DNA of 63,209 bases, the filler included, from Collodictyon triciliatum (Eukaryota), in the NCBI GenBank assembly GCA_043381765.1. It is 5 parts of 5 records of this genome, joined end to end, with 100 filler letters (N's around TTAATTAATTAA, not from the genome) between each part and the next. Parts side by side here need not be neighbours in the genome. Positions count along the whole stretch, not along the records: positions 1 to 17,941 come from JBHJMP010001415.1; 4 more parts are not named here. The stretch is one strand, 5' to 3'. The notes under the pieces are model-generated. The model did no database searches and was not told the DNA's origin. It saw only the letters and a program-made list of their open reading frames with translations. Made by a program: the position numbers and the translations under genes. This document shows, piece by piece, positions 1 through 15,000 of the stretch (positions are counted from its first letter, which is position 1; the number at the start of each line of letters is the position of its first letter).

Positions 1-29
1 AAAAAAAAACCAAAAAAAATAAAAATTTT

Positions 30-86
<57 letters not shown>

Positions 87-156
87 CGTCATGACGAGAT
101 GATATATAACGACCAAGCCATGACATATGATCGGATGAGATGATAAAACTTTTTAC

Positions 157-3100
157 CCGTGAAAGTATAGAGACTACTTTTTTCTGTGATGTGGTTAGTT
201 CACGAGCTTGGTCTGCAACCATAATCAACAGTGTGGTTGTGATGAGTCCAACGACACTTCCTATGAGATTAAACGTACATATTATAATGCACGGACAGGG
301 CGATGTATATAGACTAGTTTAATAGTATTATGTGTGATTTTTTTGAACAAGATCGAACGAAGGAGTGATGAGTTATCGGTTTTGTTTTGTTTTGTTTTGT
401 TTTGTTTTGTTTTGTTTTGTTTTGTTAAAGTATTTTTTTTATGAAAAAAAAAAAACTCACCAACACTTGCAAACGATCTGGCACAATATGTTTTCACCGT
501 AATATCTCCATATCCAATGGTTGCGATGGTCACGAACATATACCAAATTGAATCGAGATATGAAACATCTTTGCTGTCCGGAGATGACCTCTCACACACA
601 AGGACACAGTAAGATGATACCACGACGTTGAGAATCAAGGCAGTCATTAAGAAATGTATAGGATACTGGTTGAGAATTGATTTCAGGGCAAATGTGGTGT
701 TCAGTTCCACTTTATTGATATTTGATATGACTTCTGCCATTCGAGCATGTAAGTCACTAACATAATAAAAGATGCGGCCTATAAGAGAGCAAGAAAAAAA
801 AACTTATATCATGTTGTTGGAAGAAAATTGAAAAGTTCAAAGAATAATCAGGGTCAAGTATTGTTTCGAAATATTACAGGATTTAAATGTGACACACGTG
901 ATTGATGATAAATCATATTCGAATAAAACAAAAAAAAAATACCTATCAAATAAAATCGAGAAAACATCACGATTCCCAAAAAAGCATCAAAAGTGTATTC
1001 AGGCTCAAATTCATAGAATTTAGACAAGTGTCCTAATTTACATGCCGCTTAGTATTATATTCTAAAGCAGAGAACATACATAGAATTCGAGTAAGTGGAA
1101 AAGAATATGAGTCATGTACTACGTTTACAGCTAGCAATCCTTACGGCCAAATCAATGAAAAATCCTACCGTTGTATAGTCGAAAAGTACCATCAAGGCCA
1201 GGTAGTGGATGAATGGATATGATACAAAACTCCAAGAAAAGTGCAAAGTAGCGCCTTTTTGGGAGAACAGGGCCTAGTATGTAACATAACGTGTTGAATG
1301 AAAGTTAGCGTACACTTACAATTCCTACTATAGCGAGGAAAGGACCGCAAGGCAAATATTTTCCTTCATTAAAAATCAAAAATAGCTTTAGTAAGATTAC
1401 AGAACCACAATGCGTGGTATTCGGGCATGTATGCATTTTTATAACCTCCAGGTATTTGTAGGCCATTTAATTCCATTTTCTTGACGGTGAGGGTGTAATA
1501 TTTTACAAGGCAGTATTCTAGACCAGATAGTAAGATTTTTTTTATTAGACCTGGCATCATTTAAAGTGATACCAAGATGTAAGTGCCGTAATGAAGTAAA
1601 ACAGAACCTGAAAATATGGTTGAAATGGTCAAGATAAACTTTATGATAGTGGTTACAAGATGGGCTTTATTGTTGTTTCTATACAGGATTTCATTCTAAT
1701 AAAAAAAATGCAAATGAAAGTGAGTACTTGAGCGAAATATTAATATTATGAAAGATGTATGTGTGACTCATGAATTGCATGCACCTGCTTGCTGCGTTGA
1801 GCTTAAAGTAATAAATGACTTTAAAAAAATAAAAGAAATGAATGACCTCTAATATCATTAGAAATATTCCACACATTGAAGATACAAATAGCTTGAGCAA
1901 GCAATTTTGGATTTTTATGGCGACTTCATTTAATTCCCTCATGGAACTCGCTATCGCTTCCCTTTCGCTAAAGTGCATTTGGTTGTATTTAAAGAGAATT
2001 ACTGTGGTACATGAGTAAAAAAACACCTCAAATTTATTGGATACATTTTATGAAAAGCCACTGACTCATCCGTTATCTTTTTTCCGAGAACAGCAGATGT
2101 TATGATGACAACGGATGAACGCTTATTCTTTCCATCAAAACTAATTCGATTGTTTCATGTTTTCAATGAATAAGCTCCGGAATAATTTTTAGATAGGGGA
2201 AAGAAACTAAAATACGCGATGTAATTTTATCATATATAACATACTTCCTTGATATCACATCTTTGTTGTTTGCATTAATTTCAATGTTCGAGGATGTCTT
2301 TTCCTCAAAAGTGTTGGTCTTAGGGGCCATGTCATACACCTGAACACTTTCAGATGGCTTGTCATCTGTGTGGTAGTTTAGAAAGGCTGGTATGGATGAT
2401 CAATTTATAATGTCCAAATAGAAATGATACTCCTTAAAAAAAAAATCATCTAAATTGCAATATATGGGACTAAAAACATTTTTAAAATGCATGACACCAA
2501 ACCATACAAAAGAAAAACTGACCAATGTTGAAAGGGAATATAGTAAACTTTTCTCCAGTATTGTTAGAGTCCCCTTCTCGGTTGCTTTGTATTATTCCAT
2601 CTTCTTTAAATTGCTCTTTTCCGTATACATCGGTACTATCATCACTTCCTTCCATATCCTCCTCTTCAACCTCACCAGTACGCATACTGCCGATGATACT
2701 GCGTCTTTCTAACGGAGAGCACAGATGAGCAGAACTTCTAAGTTCTACACATGTCTCTGTGACTGGCTCGCTACTTTGCTTCAATCGTGATGCGAATCCT
2801 AGTTCAGAGGAGCCTTTTGATTTGTCAAATTCATCGCCTTCTCCTCCATATTTGAAGTTGTAGCGATTATGGTTTTGCTCTTCAGGTAGACTTATGGAGT
2901 GGCTTTTTGCATTCGCTGAGACTGGGTGGGAATCATGGCTTTGGCTTTGTGCAACAGAGGGACTCAAGCGGCGTCTATGGAGAGGAACTTGACTCTGAAG
3001 GACTTCAGTTCTTCCACTTTCGTGGCGCCTGAACCCGGAATGTTTTGGCAGTACCCGTTCATCCGTTTCTTTTTTGCTTTCGTCTTCATCAGAACCTTGT

Positions 3101-3453
3101 TATGTTTTTGTCAAGTATCATTATTAAATGTCGGCCTGTCCCATTACGAGCTCATAGCTATGATCTTTTCGCGCATATATAATGTGACATACAGGTGTTG
3201 AAATAGTATATCCTGTTCTTTCTTTTCTTTTCTTTTTTTTTTTTTTAATGGTTTTTGCATGAGCTCTCGATCAAATTCAACATGAACATCATTTCCAAGA
3301 TGAGGTTCGAGTGTTCAACTCGCTGTGCATTTTGAGACAAACAAAGCTCGACAAGAGAAGAGTGTGTCGAATGCATCGCTAAGCGATACTCAACTTATCA
3401 AAAAGAAACTTACCAGATTCTTGTGTAGCGGCAAAGACCTCTGAGAAACTCAT
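157..3453 (-). CDS. Small/intermediate-conductance Ca2+-activated K+ channel-like protein (SK/KCNN family), multi-exon, 3' end not in the window
   Basis: Exon 461-778 encodes ...YLDSIWYMFVTIATIGYGDITVKTYCARSFASVG (pore helix and GYGD filter). Exon 157-260 encodes S6 SVVGLITTTLLIMVADQARELTTSQKKV, resembling the SK S6/calmodulin-binding linker. An S4-like segment (GIVMFSRFYLIGR) lies near 940-1030. Probable start ATG at 3453 (MSFSEVFAATQES, donor GTAAG at 3413) joins the long N-terminal exon ~2480-3095 in frame. Confidence 0.85.
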
Positions 3454-4164
3454 TCACCCCCGAGCAACCTATAATGGTCTTTGTGAAAAATAGGGAATCC
3501 CCGTTCAAATACTGAGCTTTCGCCGTCACAACTTCACAACGGCACTGAGAGGCAACGAGGAGAGGCAGAAATGTTCCATTATTATCTGTCGTTTTCTTTT
3601 TGATGAATCCCCTCAATTGTGAAGGCCGATGCGAAACAAACACACTCACGAGTACGTGCGTGTAGAGACGTTGCTGAACGCAGTCAAGCGGTGTGAATCA
3701 AAAGAGAAGAATGTCTTTGATGAGGGACGGTGCAGATTTATCATGTTTGATCAAAGATGGCTCCGTCGCAACGAAAAAGAATACCTATTCCGTTTATATG
3801 CAAATGTGGAAATTATGATATTTTGAATTCGGTAGCCACTATGAGGCCGATGGCGTATGGTAAACATTTACTGGGCGCCAACAGAATCGTAAATCTGTAA
3901 CCAATGTATGTGACAACACGAATCATGTATCAGTATAGATCTTTACAGAGGATGTGCCATCAGATCGAGATTGCTGTTAGTTAATTTTTTTATGGCGAAT
4001 TCTTTGTGGGTGAGAGGGAGAGAAAAGGCGTGCGCGAGCACACTTAAGCTCAAGACACGAAGGAGTGAGGGCAAAAAGGAAGAAAAAAAACTGCGTGAGA
4101 GAACGTCGCAAGAACACAGCAAAGGTTTTCTTTTGATTTTCCCAGTTGAGTGAGTATGGTTGCC

Positions 4165-4350
4165 TTAACGCTTCTTTGTGCGGCTAATCTTCTCTTCCGT
4201 GAAAAGGACGTGCTGGTTGACGCGCGGGTCGTACTTGCAGAGGACGAGCTTTGTGTTGATGCGGGGATTCTTGCGGGTGGTGTAAAAGAAGCCAGTTCCA
4301 GCCATGCTGACAAGCTTTATGATGACATTCTTGGCTGCACTGCGGGCCAT
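4165..4350 (-). CDS. rpmG: Ribosomal protein L33 (bL33), probably mitochondrial, intronless, 61 aa
   Basis: [54 protein letters not shown] matches the L33 pattern (LVSxAGTGxFYTTxKN...LxLxKYDP...HVLFxE). ATG at 4350. Confidence 0.95.
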   Translation of the reverse strand: MARSAAKNVIIKLVSMAGTGFFYTTRKNPRINTKLVLCKYDPRVNQHVLFTEEKISRTKKR

Positions 4351-4690
4351 TGATTCGAGCTTCAAGGAGGGTTTGGGAATGTTAGTCTTGTGTTGCTTCG
4401 AGTGTGAGCGGATCGCAGCGTGATTCTTGGCGTGGGTTTGACGATCGGAATGATCGGCAAAAACCACAGGAAATAAAATTCTGTATCTGGAAATTATGAT
4501 AATAATCATTTAAATCATTAATCATACAAAAATGACTCCAAAATCATAGAAATATACTAATAAATATATAATTTACAAAGCTTTATCAAAGCACAATTCG
4601 CATTTAGCCGTGTGTGTGGGCACAATCCAGCATCGAAGCTGTAGAGAGAGGCAGGCAAAGAAGGGAAGCGCAACGCAACTCGCAGCAGAA

Positions 4691-5386
4691 ATGAAAGGCT
4701 CAAGCACAGAGGCTGTGCCCCGCTCCTCTCAACTCAAGCGTAGAGAGCAAATCCTGCATTTGTTGCTCATGATCGACATCTCTTCCGGCTCTGAGGAGGA
4801 TCAACAATGCGGGTCCTCTGTGTCTGCAATATCTACCTCTTCCATGGTTTCTGTGGCCTCTGAGGAGGAGACATGTCCAACGAACCGCTCTTCCTCATCA
4901 CACATGGGCTCAACTAATGATGGTAGGAACGACCTGCAACCAGAGAAATGCCTCTTTTGTGTCGATAATCCGGAGAGTGTTCTCGAATCTGCGTTACGTT
5001 GGCAAGACGTGCATGTCTTGCAGGGTCATGTTGACTCAGACGACGAGCACGTCTCTCCGATTTCCATCCCACTAGTAGGTTCTGACCAACCAGATATGTT
5101 AACAAAGGAAATGGATCAGCTATCCCGATTATCTATAGAATCAGGGCCAGTCATTCCCTATGTTCATTCCCCAGCCGACCAGCGTAATGGCTCTTCCAAC
5201 CCACAAAGAGAAGTCTTGTATTCGTTCATGGCAAACTCATATGACTCTTTATCAGATGAAACTGGTATCACTCAAGAAGCTACAACTCAAAACCCTCAAA
5301 TGGGCTTATGCTCGACGCAAAATCAGTCTGTGAAGCTGAGCCTGACAATCGCACAGCATATTTGTACTCCGCCCGAATCGAGCTAG
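4691..5386 (+). CDS. Hypothetical Ser-rich, probably disordered protein (231 aa), head-to-head with L33
   Basis: Single uninterrupted ORF with coding-like composition between AT-rich flanks. No recognisable domain. Confidence 0.45.
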   Translation: MKGSSTEAVPRSSQLKRREQILHLLLMIDISSGSEEDQQCGSSVSAISTSSMVSVASEEETCPTNRSSSSHMGSTNDGRNDLQPEKCLFCVDNPESVLESALRWQDVHVLQGHVDSDDEHVSPISIPLVGSDQPDMLTKEMDQLSRLSIESGPVIPYVHSPADQRNGSSNPQREVLYSFMANSYDSLSDETGITQEATTQNPQMGLCSTQNQSVKLSLTIAQHICTPPESS

Positions 5387-6084
5387 CAACAGCCTTCCAA
5401 TCAAGTAGTGTTCCTCTTTGTGACATTCAATAGCACCATTTAAAAACAATCTCATATATAAAAGCCAATCTCCAAGGGAGATATATGTATATATTGGAGA
5501 TGGCAAGTAAACAATGTTGGTACACACGCGAAAAAACTCCTTGCTGGCCCACAGGAGAGATAAAGGAAAGGAAATCGTCCTACTCGCTCCGCCCTTCCCA
5601 GTTTCCGAATAAACACCTTTTGCGTTTTTCTTTTTTGAAAGTCCTTAAAGTACGGTACAAGGATAATTTAAACATTTGAATATTCAAACAAAGCGGTAAT
5701 GCTCGGCAAATACGAAAGCAAAATTCGATTAGGCCAGCAGATGCAGAACCTAATCATCAGCACATCCCTGCTGACCCAACACTTGACCCACGATTCTAAT
5801 CACTCGTGCGACCAATTACAGCATATCAAAGCTGCCCTACTATTCCCCAAAGGAATGGTCTTTCGCACTTTCTCTTGTTTACAAAGCACATCATCGTCAT
5901 AGTAGTGTATAGTAAGACTGGCTGGCAGTTTTATAAGCTTAACTCAACCCCATCAAAAAAAAAAAGCAAAGCACCACTATGAAGATAAAATAACATTCAA
6001 GTTTGAGGAAATAACCTCTTGCTTTTTTTTTCTTTCTTCAAATGTATATACATGTAGAGGGAGGGAGAGCAAGTCAGACCTTTG

Positions 6085-9000
6085 ATGGACTCTGTTATTG
6101 TGGGGATTCGTGTCAAACCCTTGAATGATCGGGAATGGCCGTCCAATCGCATCGGTTCGTGGTTCATCGACACCCAATCTATCGCCCAGTGCGACAATCA
6201 AGGCACAATCATTCGAGCTGCTCGCTACAACATGGGTATTTCTTTTGTTCAGGCTTTTCTTCTTCTTCTTCTTCTTCTTCTTCTTCTTCTTCTTCTTCTT
6301 CTTCTTCTTCTTCTTCTTCTTCTTCTTCTTCTTCTTCTTCTTCTTCTTCTTCTACCAATACCCAGACTCTCAAATGCCGTCCTGTCCCTTTGTTCGGTGC
6401 GTTTTCAGGACTTTCTCTAAGCCACCAATTATTTTCTCTCTTGTTTCTGATTCCCTGTCTTTCTCAACAGACCGAGTCTTTTCGCACGAGGCAACAAATG
6501 AATACATCTACGCTCAATTTGCAAAGTCTATCATTGAGTCTGCCATGAATGGAATAAATGGTAATTTTTACTGACGAGCGAATAGAATATATATATATAA
6601 CCTATAAAATGCATTACCCAGCATTGTATTCACATTTTGTATGTTTCTCTTTAAAGCCTCTTGAATACCGAGAGGTTTCTTCGCCCTTCTGTACACAAGA
6701 AAAAGCAAAAACTGATACATCCCATAATTAGGGACGATATTTGCATATGGACAAACAAGTAGTGGGAAAACTCACACCATGCGCGGCGATCTGCGAACCA
6801 ACCCTGGTGTGATTCCGATGGCATTGCGCGATATTTTCTCAGTTGCCGAACACTCAGAGTCCCGACTCTATTTTCTCCGAGTCTCTTATATGGAAATATA
6901 TAATGAAGTTATTCGAGATCTGTTGAATCCTGACCCTACAAACCTAAAGATTCACGAGAGCGCTGAGGTCTTATTCATTCATACTTTTACTGTTTTTTTC
7001 TCCCCTCCTTTTACACCTGTGTAGATATTGTTTCCAAAAAAAAAGTTGTTTAAATCAGTATTTGATGAAAGAAAAAGCTATCCAAGTAATGATAGTACTG
7101 TCAAATCAGCGTCAAACTGAATTTTTTTATGTGAAACACAGAAAGGTGTCTTTGTAGGGGATCTACGAGAAGTTTCAGTACAGTCTATCGAAGAAGTTCT
7201 CAATCTACTTACTTCTGGAGAAGGTATACAAGCGAGACCTTCCCATTGCTGAACTATTTTACATCTACAAAGTCACTCACTCGTATATTTATGCATTTTT
7301 ATCTCTATACTTTGAGCAGCTAAACTCTTCTTTATCATCATTTTTTGTAATCATCAATATCAAATTTACACAATCGTATTCGTAATGTGCCTGTTATATT
7401 AATCATTCGAATGATAATTATTTTTTTTTTATAATTCATGGCTCAAAAGGAACATGCAATACTTTTTGGTTCACCTTGTTTTGCTTGAAATGACTGAACC
7501 TTTTACGAATTATTTTGAATGTATTACAAAATTAATTGGGTTCTTGTCCTATTTCCCTACAGCTCGACGTCATGTCGGGGCAACCAACATGAATGAGCAC
7601 AGTAGTCGCTCGCACACCATTTTTCAAGTATTCATCGAAAGTCGTGATACCACCGCTGGTGATGGAGATGAATCCGATGAATCCGTCCGTCTTTCGGTGT
7701 TGGTATGAACATTTTCTAATAATTACAATTATCTAAAAAAAAATAATATTTTTGATCCAAGTTGCGCAGAAGCATACCTCCTTTTAAAATTCTAATAACA
7801 TATGCGTCCTTTCATTATACACCTGTTTAACATATATCTAATCCTCTTAAGAATTTCACCCAAAAACATCATTAAAGTTCCAATCCATCTTATTTTTATA
7901 ACGACTTCCTTCTTCCTATGTACATGGCTTACACAAAAGAAGCCAAATACCTTGATGAAATTCATGCAACATGAATTCTTGGTTATGATAATGCGTTAAT
8001 TTTATTTTGAGAAACATGATTAACCAACAAATACAATCTCTTAACTTATAGAATTTAGTTGACTTGGCTGGTTCTGAAAGAGTCTCTTTGACTGGGGCTG
8101 AAGGAATTCGACTGAAAGAGGGCGTTCATATCAATAAAAGTTTATTGACACTCAGCACCGTGATTGCTAAACTTAGTGAGGGTTGTGTGTGAGTTACTGT
8201 ATAGCTATTTATTGCTATCATAATTGACCTTCTATGAATAAACTTACTGTTAACTTTGTGTTTCCTTCTTTCTTTGTGACTAAATAATTAACACTGAGGA
8301 AAACCCTTTATTTAATAGGGCACACATCCCATATCGAGAAAGCAAACTTACTCGTATCCTCCAACCATCTCTTGGAGGTAATGCCAGAACTGCAATTATT
8401 TGCACAGTAAACCCCTCACCTATGTTTACTGATGAAACGAACAGGTTTTTTTTTTATCATGAAAAGCACTGAGATTTACCTTTCATAAATTTATCATATG
8501 GAATCGCTATAAGCGCTGTATCATTTTGGTTACTTTCGTGGAGTTTTGGTTTCTTTACTTATAGTGAATTTATTCATAAAGTACGCTTAAGTTTGCCAGT
8601 CGTGCAAAAAAGATAAAGAATAAACCTAAAGTCAATGAGGTGGGCTTCATAGACCCATCGATAGCTGTTCTTTGGCAATTTTTTCCCTTTATTCGATTCA
8701 AAGTGTTCTTTGGCAATTTATTATAAAGTTATAATTCTCCTTTTCTTTTTGTCTTGAAAATACCTCATCGCCTTATCTCATTTGCTTACAATTTTCCCAA
8801 AATGTGACAAAGAGAGCAATTTCAGAAAACGAATTCACATACCACGTTCAAACTATCAGATGATGGATGAAAAGGCTCAACTTAGAAGCTATGAAAAACA
8901 AATCCGTGACCTGAAGAAACAGATGGAATCATCGACAAATACTGTAGCTTCACAGAAAGCACTGGAACAACTTCAGGAAGAAAAGCAAAAGGTTTTTTTT

Positions 9001-12000
9001 TTTGATTTTTTTGAAGTGCAAAATGCGTTTTGATTCTTAAAATCAAAGTATCTTTACAAGAAAACAAGACTAAAGGGATACTTTTTCGTCTGTAACGATG
9101 CCAATATTACAGTATTTTCATTTCCTTCACTCAAGTATGTTTTTTTTCATTCTCAGATTGAATTGGATAAAGAGGAAAAAGAGAGGAAGTTGAGAGATCT
9201 TGAGAGTCACGTCAGTCGATTGATGCACATGCTCACAACCAAGGCTGATTCAGAGAAAAAAACAAAGGTGGGGTTCATGGTACAATCATCAGATTTAATA
9301 CTCCGTTCTCATAACCTTTTCTGAAAACGATGATAGTTTTGTTCAATAATACTGATTTAACTGATATATACTAGTCCCGGCTCAGGCGAGAAACATGGGC
9401 GGCAGATTGTGGTTCTGGAAATGATATGGGTGAAATGGATATGTCGATTGATGTGGATTTCAAGAAGCCATTCCATGAATTCTTTGGTCCAACACGCTCC
9501 AGGAACAGCTCTGAAAACACTCCAACCCATCCTATCAAGAGTCATTCTCCATTCACTGCCCCCTATACTCAAGAGACCAAGTCAAGTTCACCCCGAGATG
9601 AAATATTATCATCACAAAAAATCGACGTTGATGGCGTTTTATACGTATGACACTTACATTTGTTTAATAGGGCAACTGTTTCTTCTGTTACCCATGAAAC
9701 TAACTCCCCAGTCAACTATTCTTTACCCCAAGGACTTTGATATGATTCGGGAATTGGTATCCGAAAACACACACCTCCGCGAGGAACTGTGCACTGCGCA
9801 ACAAGAGAAGCTCATTCTAATGGACCAGGTAATAATCATTTGAATAATTATTTATCTACTCGACGATTTTTTTTCACTACTCCCCTCATTTTCTCAGACA
9901 AGTTACCATACATTTGCTGCATTGCACATATTTCCCATATACGTTCCAATCGCCTGAATTAATTTGACCACAACCTAAATATCACCAGAACCTACGCAAA
10001 GAAACTATTCTTCTCATCCAAATATTATATTATATTTGTTTCTAGAAATTTACTCTGGAGAGAGAGGCGGAACAAATTCTGGATTTCACTGAAGAAAATG
10101 AAAAGCTAAAATCAGAACTCGATAAGGTATTTGTCGAGCTTGAAGAGTTGAAGCTTAAGGCTGAGCAGGTAATCCTTCATATAACAGACTTTGGATGCAC
10201 CGTTGATTTTACTCAATTGTTTTAATTCGATGAAATATGAATATTGAATTGATAAAGAGCCTTTATTTGATGAGCCCATTGATAATTATTCTTCATACAT
10301 GCATGAATTATTTTTATTTTATTAATTAGGAAGGATTGATTGCTTACGAAAAAGGGGAAATAGCAAAATCTCTTATTGTTGAACTTGAAGAGAAATCAGG
10401 CCAACTAGAGATTGCAGATAAATTGATTCATTTGTTACAACCGTATGATTTATTTATTCATTTATGTTACTTTCCATGCAAATTTCAACATAATATCCTA
10501 ATCTCACAAGAACATATTCCCATTTTAAAATAGCAATTATTTCTAACTATCAGGAGGCTCAGCGAAGCAGAAATGAGATGCGAGGAGCTCTACGAACTTG
10601 CAAATATGAAAGATACAATTATCAACGACCTTACTGCCAAGGTCGTTACTGCCAATGCAGAGACCCAAGAACTACGATTTCAAGTATATATCCCAATAAC
10701 CATAATTTGGATGAAATAATGTCGCTCAATTTTATTTTGAAACAAGTCTTGATAATCTTTCATGAACTCATCTCGCCCTTGTTATTTTTCTTATACCAAT
10801 TGAATGGAGTTCTCAAATTTGCCAATATTATTATTGATTCTGAGGGCACTGATTATCATATGCGCAACCATCAGGTGGAGTCTTCGATGGCAGTAGAACC
10901 TAAATCAAGCAGCATTCTTTTGGAAATAGGGGTTCAATATGACGCAGAGAAAGCCGTGAATGAGGTATAGCAGAAAGTCTAGTTTATTCGTCATTGGATA
11001 AAAAATTATTTTTCTTTTGTTTTTCTTATGTATTCAATACGACATTCGAATAATCAAATCGGTCAAAATTACCCCCATAGGTATCTTCCCAGACAGAATG
11101 TGCCGAAGTGCATGTGGATAATGAGGAAATTGTATCATTAAAAGGCATTTGTCAAGAATCAATTCGAACTATTGAAGCTTTGAATCGCGAAGTATCTGAA
11201 AGAGATATACAAGTATGTTCCACATATTCTTATTTTTGAAATCAAAAATTTCCTACTGACAGGATTTTAGGAGGGAATATTTTGAGTAAAATCTATCCAT
11301 CTCCTTAATCAAAATTAAACGTATACTTTTTCTTTTAAAAAAAAGTGTAAGACACTAACATTAAAATTTTAAATTAATGTAGATATCATCTATCAAGTCT
11401 GAATTTGATAGTTTTGTGAAAGATAAAGAACTTTGTCTCTCAGAATTAAACTCAGAATTGACTGGATCAAAAGGTATGGTAACGTGTTTATCTGAAAAAG
11501 TCCAAAGCCTTGAATCAAAACTAGCTGAAGCAGAGGGTCATCTGTCAGGTGATTGCAATTTTCTACTCTTTACCTACCTCGAGTTCGTGTTACATTTACG
11601 AATAAGGATATTTTGTGTCTAGTAGAATTTTCACAGTAAACATTATTATTATTATTTTTGCAAAATTGATAGAATTTATCTTCAAAATGAATAAAGAGAT
11701 ATAAAAATTCAAAAATATGATGCATCACTCATACTTTCCAACTTATATTTTATGAATTTTTGTTTAGCTGTATCTGTTTCCTTCGAGAAGGAGATATCAC
11801 ATAAGGACTCTGAGATAGTCGAACTTTTGCAATCTAACAAGGCCTTAGTATCTGAAATCGAGGGATTGAAATCTGGTCAATCACAATTATCTACCAAAGT
11901 ACGTATCAACACAATTATGGTCGACTTCAATATTTTCCAGCTTATAAAAATTATTACTTGATTAGTTCCTCGAGTTGGAATGCATATCAAATTCTCGCGA

Positions 12001-15000
12001 AAGGCTCATTAACGAGCTCTATGAGCAAAACGGGAAGCATCCTGTTGCAATTGCAAACAAAGAATACGAGATTCAGCAGCACAAAGACCTGATTCAAAGG
12101 TTGGAGAAGACCATTCATGAGCTTAATTCTCAAATTGAAGGACTTGAACTGGTATTTAGCCATCATTTGCAATCTTACAACCATATACATCATATCTGGA
12201 AGTGCTCACATAACCTCGCTGCACTTTGAATCGAATAAAGGGAAAAAAATATCTGGAAGTGCTCAAGAAAGCAATGATATGTTCAAATTAAACATTCTTA
12301 TCAACACATTCTTTTTTAAATCTACCAACCAGTGTCTGGATCAAAAGGGGGAAGAATGGGAAAGTCGATTTAATGAACAAAAGAAATTAGTCGAGGACAC
12401 CGAAAAGGCGTTGCAATACGAAAAAGAAGACTTGGAAAAGTGTCAGGAGGCGCTTAATGAAACACGAAAGACTCTTAAAGTACTTATTCATCGTCCAGTT
12501 TGTTTATCTTTTTTTTTTTTTTGATTTCTTCTCTTTTTCTCACCCAGAATTTTTGCCCAAAAATAAACTCTTTTTACGCAGTGTGGAAAATAAGTTACCC
12601 TTCTAACTTGCAATATTTAACTCAAATAATTCAGTCTCTCAATCCACAACAAGTGCAAAAGGATAAAGAAAACAACAGAAAAGAAATGGAAAAACTACAG
12701 AAAAAAATTGAAGAACTTGAAATCAAATTCAAACAGGTAATATATTTTTGTTTATTTTCATTATTCAATTCATTTGTTTGAGTTTAAGAATTACCAAAGA
12801 CAGTCTCTTACCTTACCTTACATGTCATATTGTCCAAAGGTTTCGCAAGAGAAACAAGCTTTAGCGGGAGAAAAAGTAACCAAAGAACAGGAATTCAAGA
12901 GTTTGGAGAAGAAACATAAAATGGTCGAGAGTCAGGTTACCTGTTCAATATACAAAAAATAATAATATCTAAACAATCGATAACTAATATATTTGATAGA
13001 AGAACTTATCCCCTGTAAGATTGTTGACATGAGCATTATTTGTAGTTAGAGAAACTGAAGGCTGCAGATACCAAGGCCAAAGACCAAACAAAAAAAATTG
13101 AAATACTCTCTAAAAAAACTGATGAGCTCAATCAACAAGTTGACAAACTCAGGGAAGACCTCGCAAAAAAGACACAGCAGTATGAAACAGTAAGAAAATA
13201 GCGATTTCTGTCATATTCAGTAAACTTCATCTAAATATGACTACATAAAAGTCTGGCATCATCAATCACAAGAATTAACATTCTGTTACATAAATTAGCT
13301 ATCATCAGACCATGACAACCTAAGAGGCTCTCTTTCAAGTTCTGAGCAAAAGGTTGTGGAGTTACAAACATCTCTAGCTGATAAAATTGAGAAATTGGAG
13401 GTTAGCATGAATGAATCCGCTGCAAAGACAGAGCAATTAAATGATTCCTCATCCAAGATAGAGCACCTTCAGACAGAACTTGAGAATATAAAATCTGTGT
13501 ACGAAAGAATAGCCCTCTCATTCCATGAATCCCAAAAGAGAAATGAAGAGCTATTGCTGGAAAATGCAAAGTTTAGGGAAAGTGAAATTGCATCAACTGC
13601 CCTTGTTGCCAGGTTGGAATCAGATATAAGTTCTTTAAAGTAAGTTCTTTTCTTGGTTTGGTTGATTGATCTTCCAACATATATGTGCGTTTAGCTTATT
13701 GAAAATATTTTTTGTCAAATGCTCGGCCGAATCATAAAGTTCCACAATTAATTGGCTTTCATACTTTCTGAGAAATAACCCTCTATTTTTCTCCTAAATC
13801 TAGAGCCGAGTCTTCCAGGGCTTTAGATAACTTGAAGGGCGAGTATGACAGATTGAACTCTGAAATCATGACTACTAGGAACGAGTTTGAGCAGCTTAGA
13901 GTTCAAAAAATGCAAGAAGAGGACGGATTCAAGAGCAAAATCACATCCTTGGAAGAGATTGTCAGCACAAAGTCTATGATTGCAAAATCAATGGAAAATG
14001 TGCGTGCATTAGTCCGATGTGGATGCTACCTGAATACATGCAAAATGAGACTAATTTTTTTGAATCTCGCTTTTTTTCTTATTCCAGATAATCTATATGT
14101 AATTAGTATCAGAATGAAAAAAAAATAGCTTATTATATGCCCTGTGTTTTCATCTTTTGATGATTTTGCGTATAGGAAATAATCGCTCTGAAAAGCCAAA
14201 ATGAGACTCATGAAGGTAACATCGACAAGCTCAAAAAGGATAACTCCTTGTTGTGTGAAAATATTACAAGTCTGGGGAATCAAATGAAGTCGACCGAGTA
14301 AGAATGGCACAATATGAACCCAAAGAAATGTTTTGCATTTCGCAACATATTCACTCAAATATTTTGAGAAATCATAATTGGGCATAGTTTTAATGCTTGT
14401 ATTACTATCTCAGAACTTTGTACAAAGAAAAGTTGGCGACTGCCGAACGAATAGCATGTGAAAGAAACGACGAGATCGAATACCTTAGAAAGCAATCGGA
14501 AGAGATAGAACGGTCTTCCAAGTTGAATGCAGCGCAACTGTTCAAGGAATTAGAGCAAGAGAGATGCTCAGTGCAGTCCTACATCGAGGTATGACAATTA
14601 TATAAGAATTTACATGCATATGTATGTACAATAGAGAAATTCATTTATTTATTTATTTTTGCATACCCCTATGATTAATGAAGGTGCATTATGTTCGTTA
14701 CAACAGAGATTCGCGGGGCTTAATGAAACGATCATGGTCATTCGCGAAGAGAATAGTGAATTGAAGAGAGCCAAAGAGTTGAATGAAGAGACCATAGCAT
14801 CATTGAAGATTGAGAAAACTGAAATGACAGAAACAACCCGCAGGTATACCCTCGAGAAAAGCGCATCGGAACAGACGATGGCTTCTCTCAGACAAGAAAT
14901 ATCCAGCATATCCGAAGAACTGAAGCGAATGGAAGGAACAAACAAAAAGCTTACCTCACAAATACAAAATTTGGATGGAGTTGTCCAGTCCTTGGAAAAG

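Noticed and set aside
3420-3680. Short hairpins and a TGATGA...CTGA pair suggesting a C/D snoRNA
   Set aside because: Part of the region is the first coding exon and 5' UTR of the K+ channel. I could see no terminal stem or rRNA-complementary guide.
6082-6574. Poly-L, poly-F and poly-S ORFs, and similar poly-I, (MYVC)n, (QK)n and (ISYHI)n ORFs elsewhere
   Set aside because: These are translations of intronic microsatellites, not proteins.
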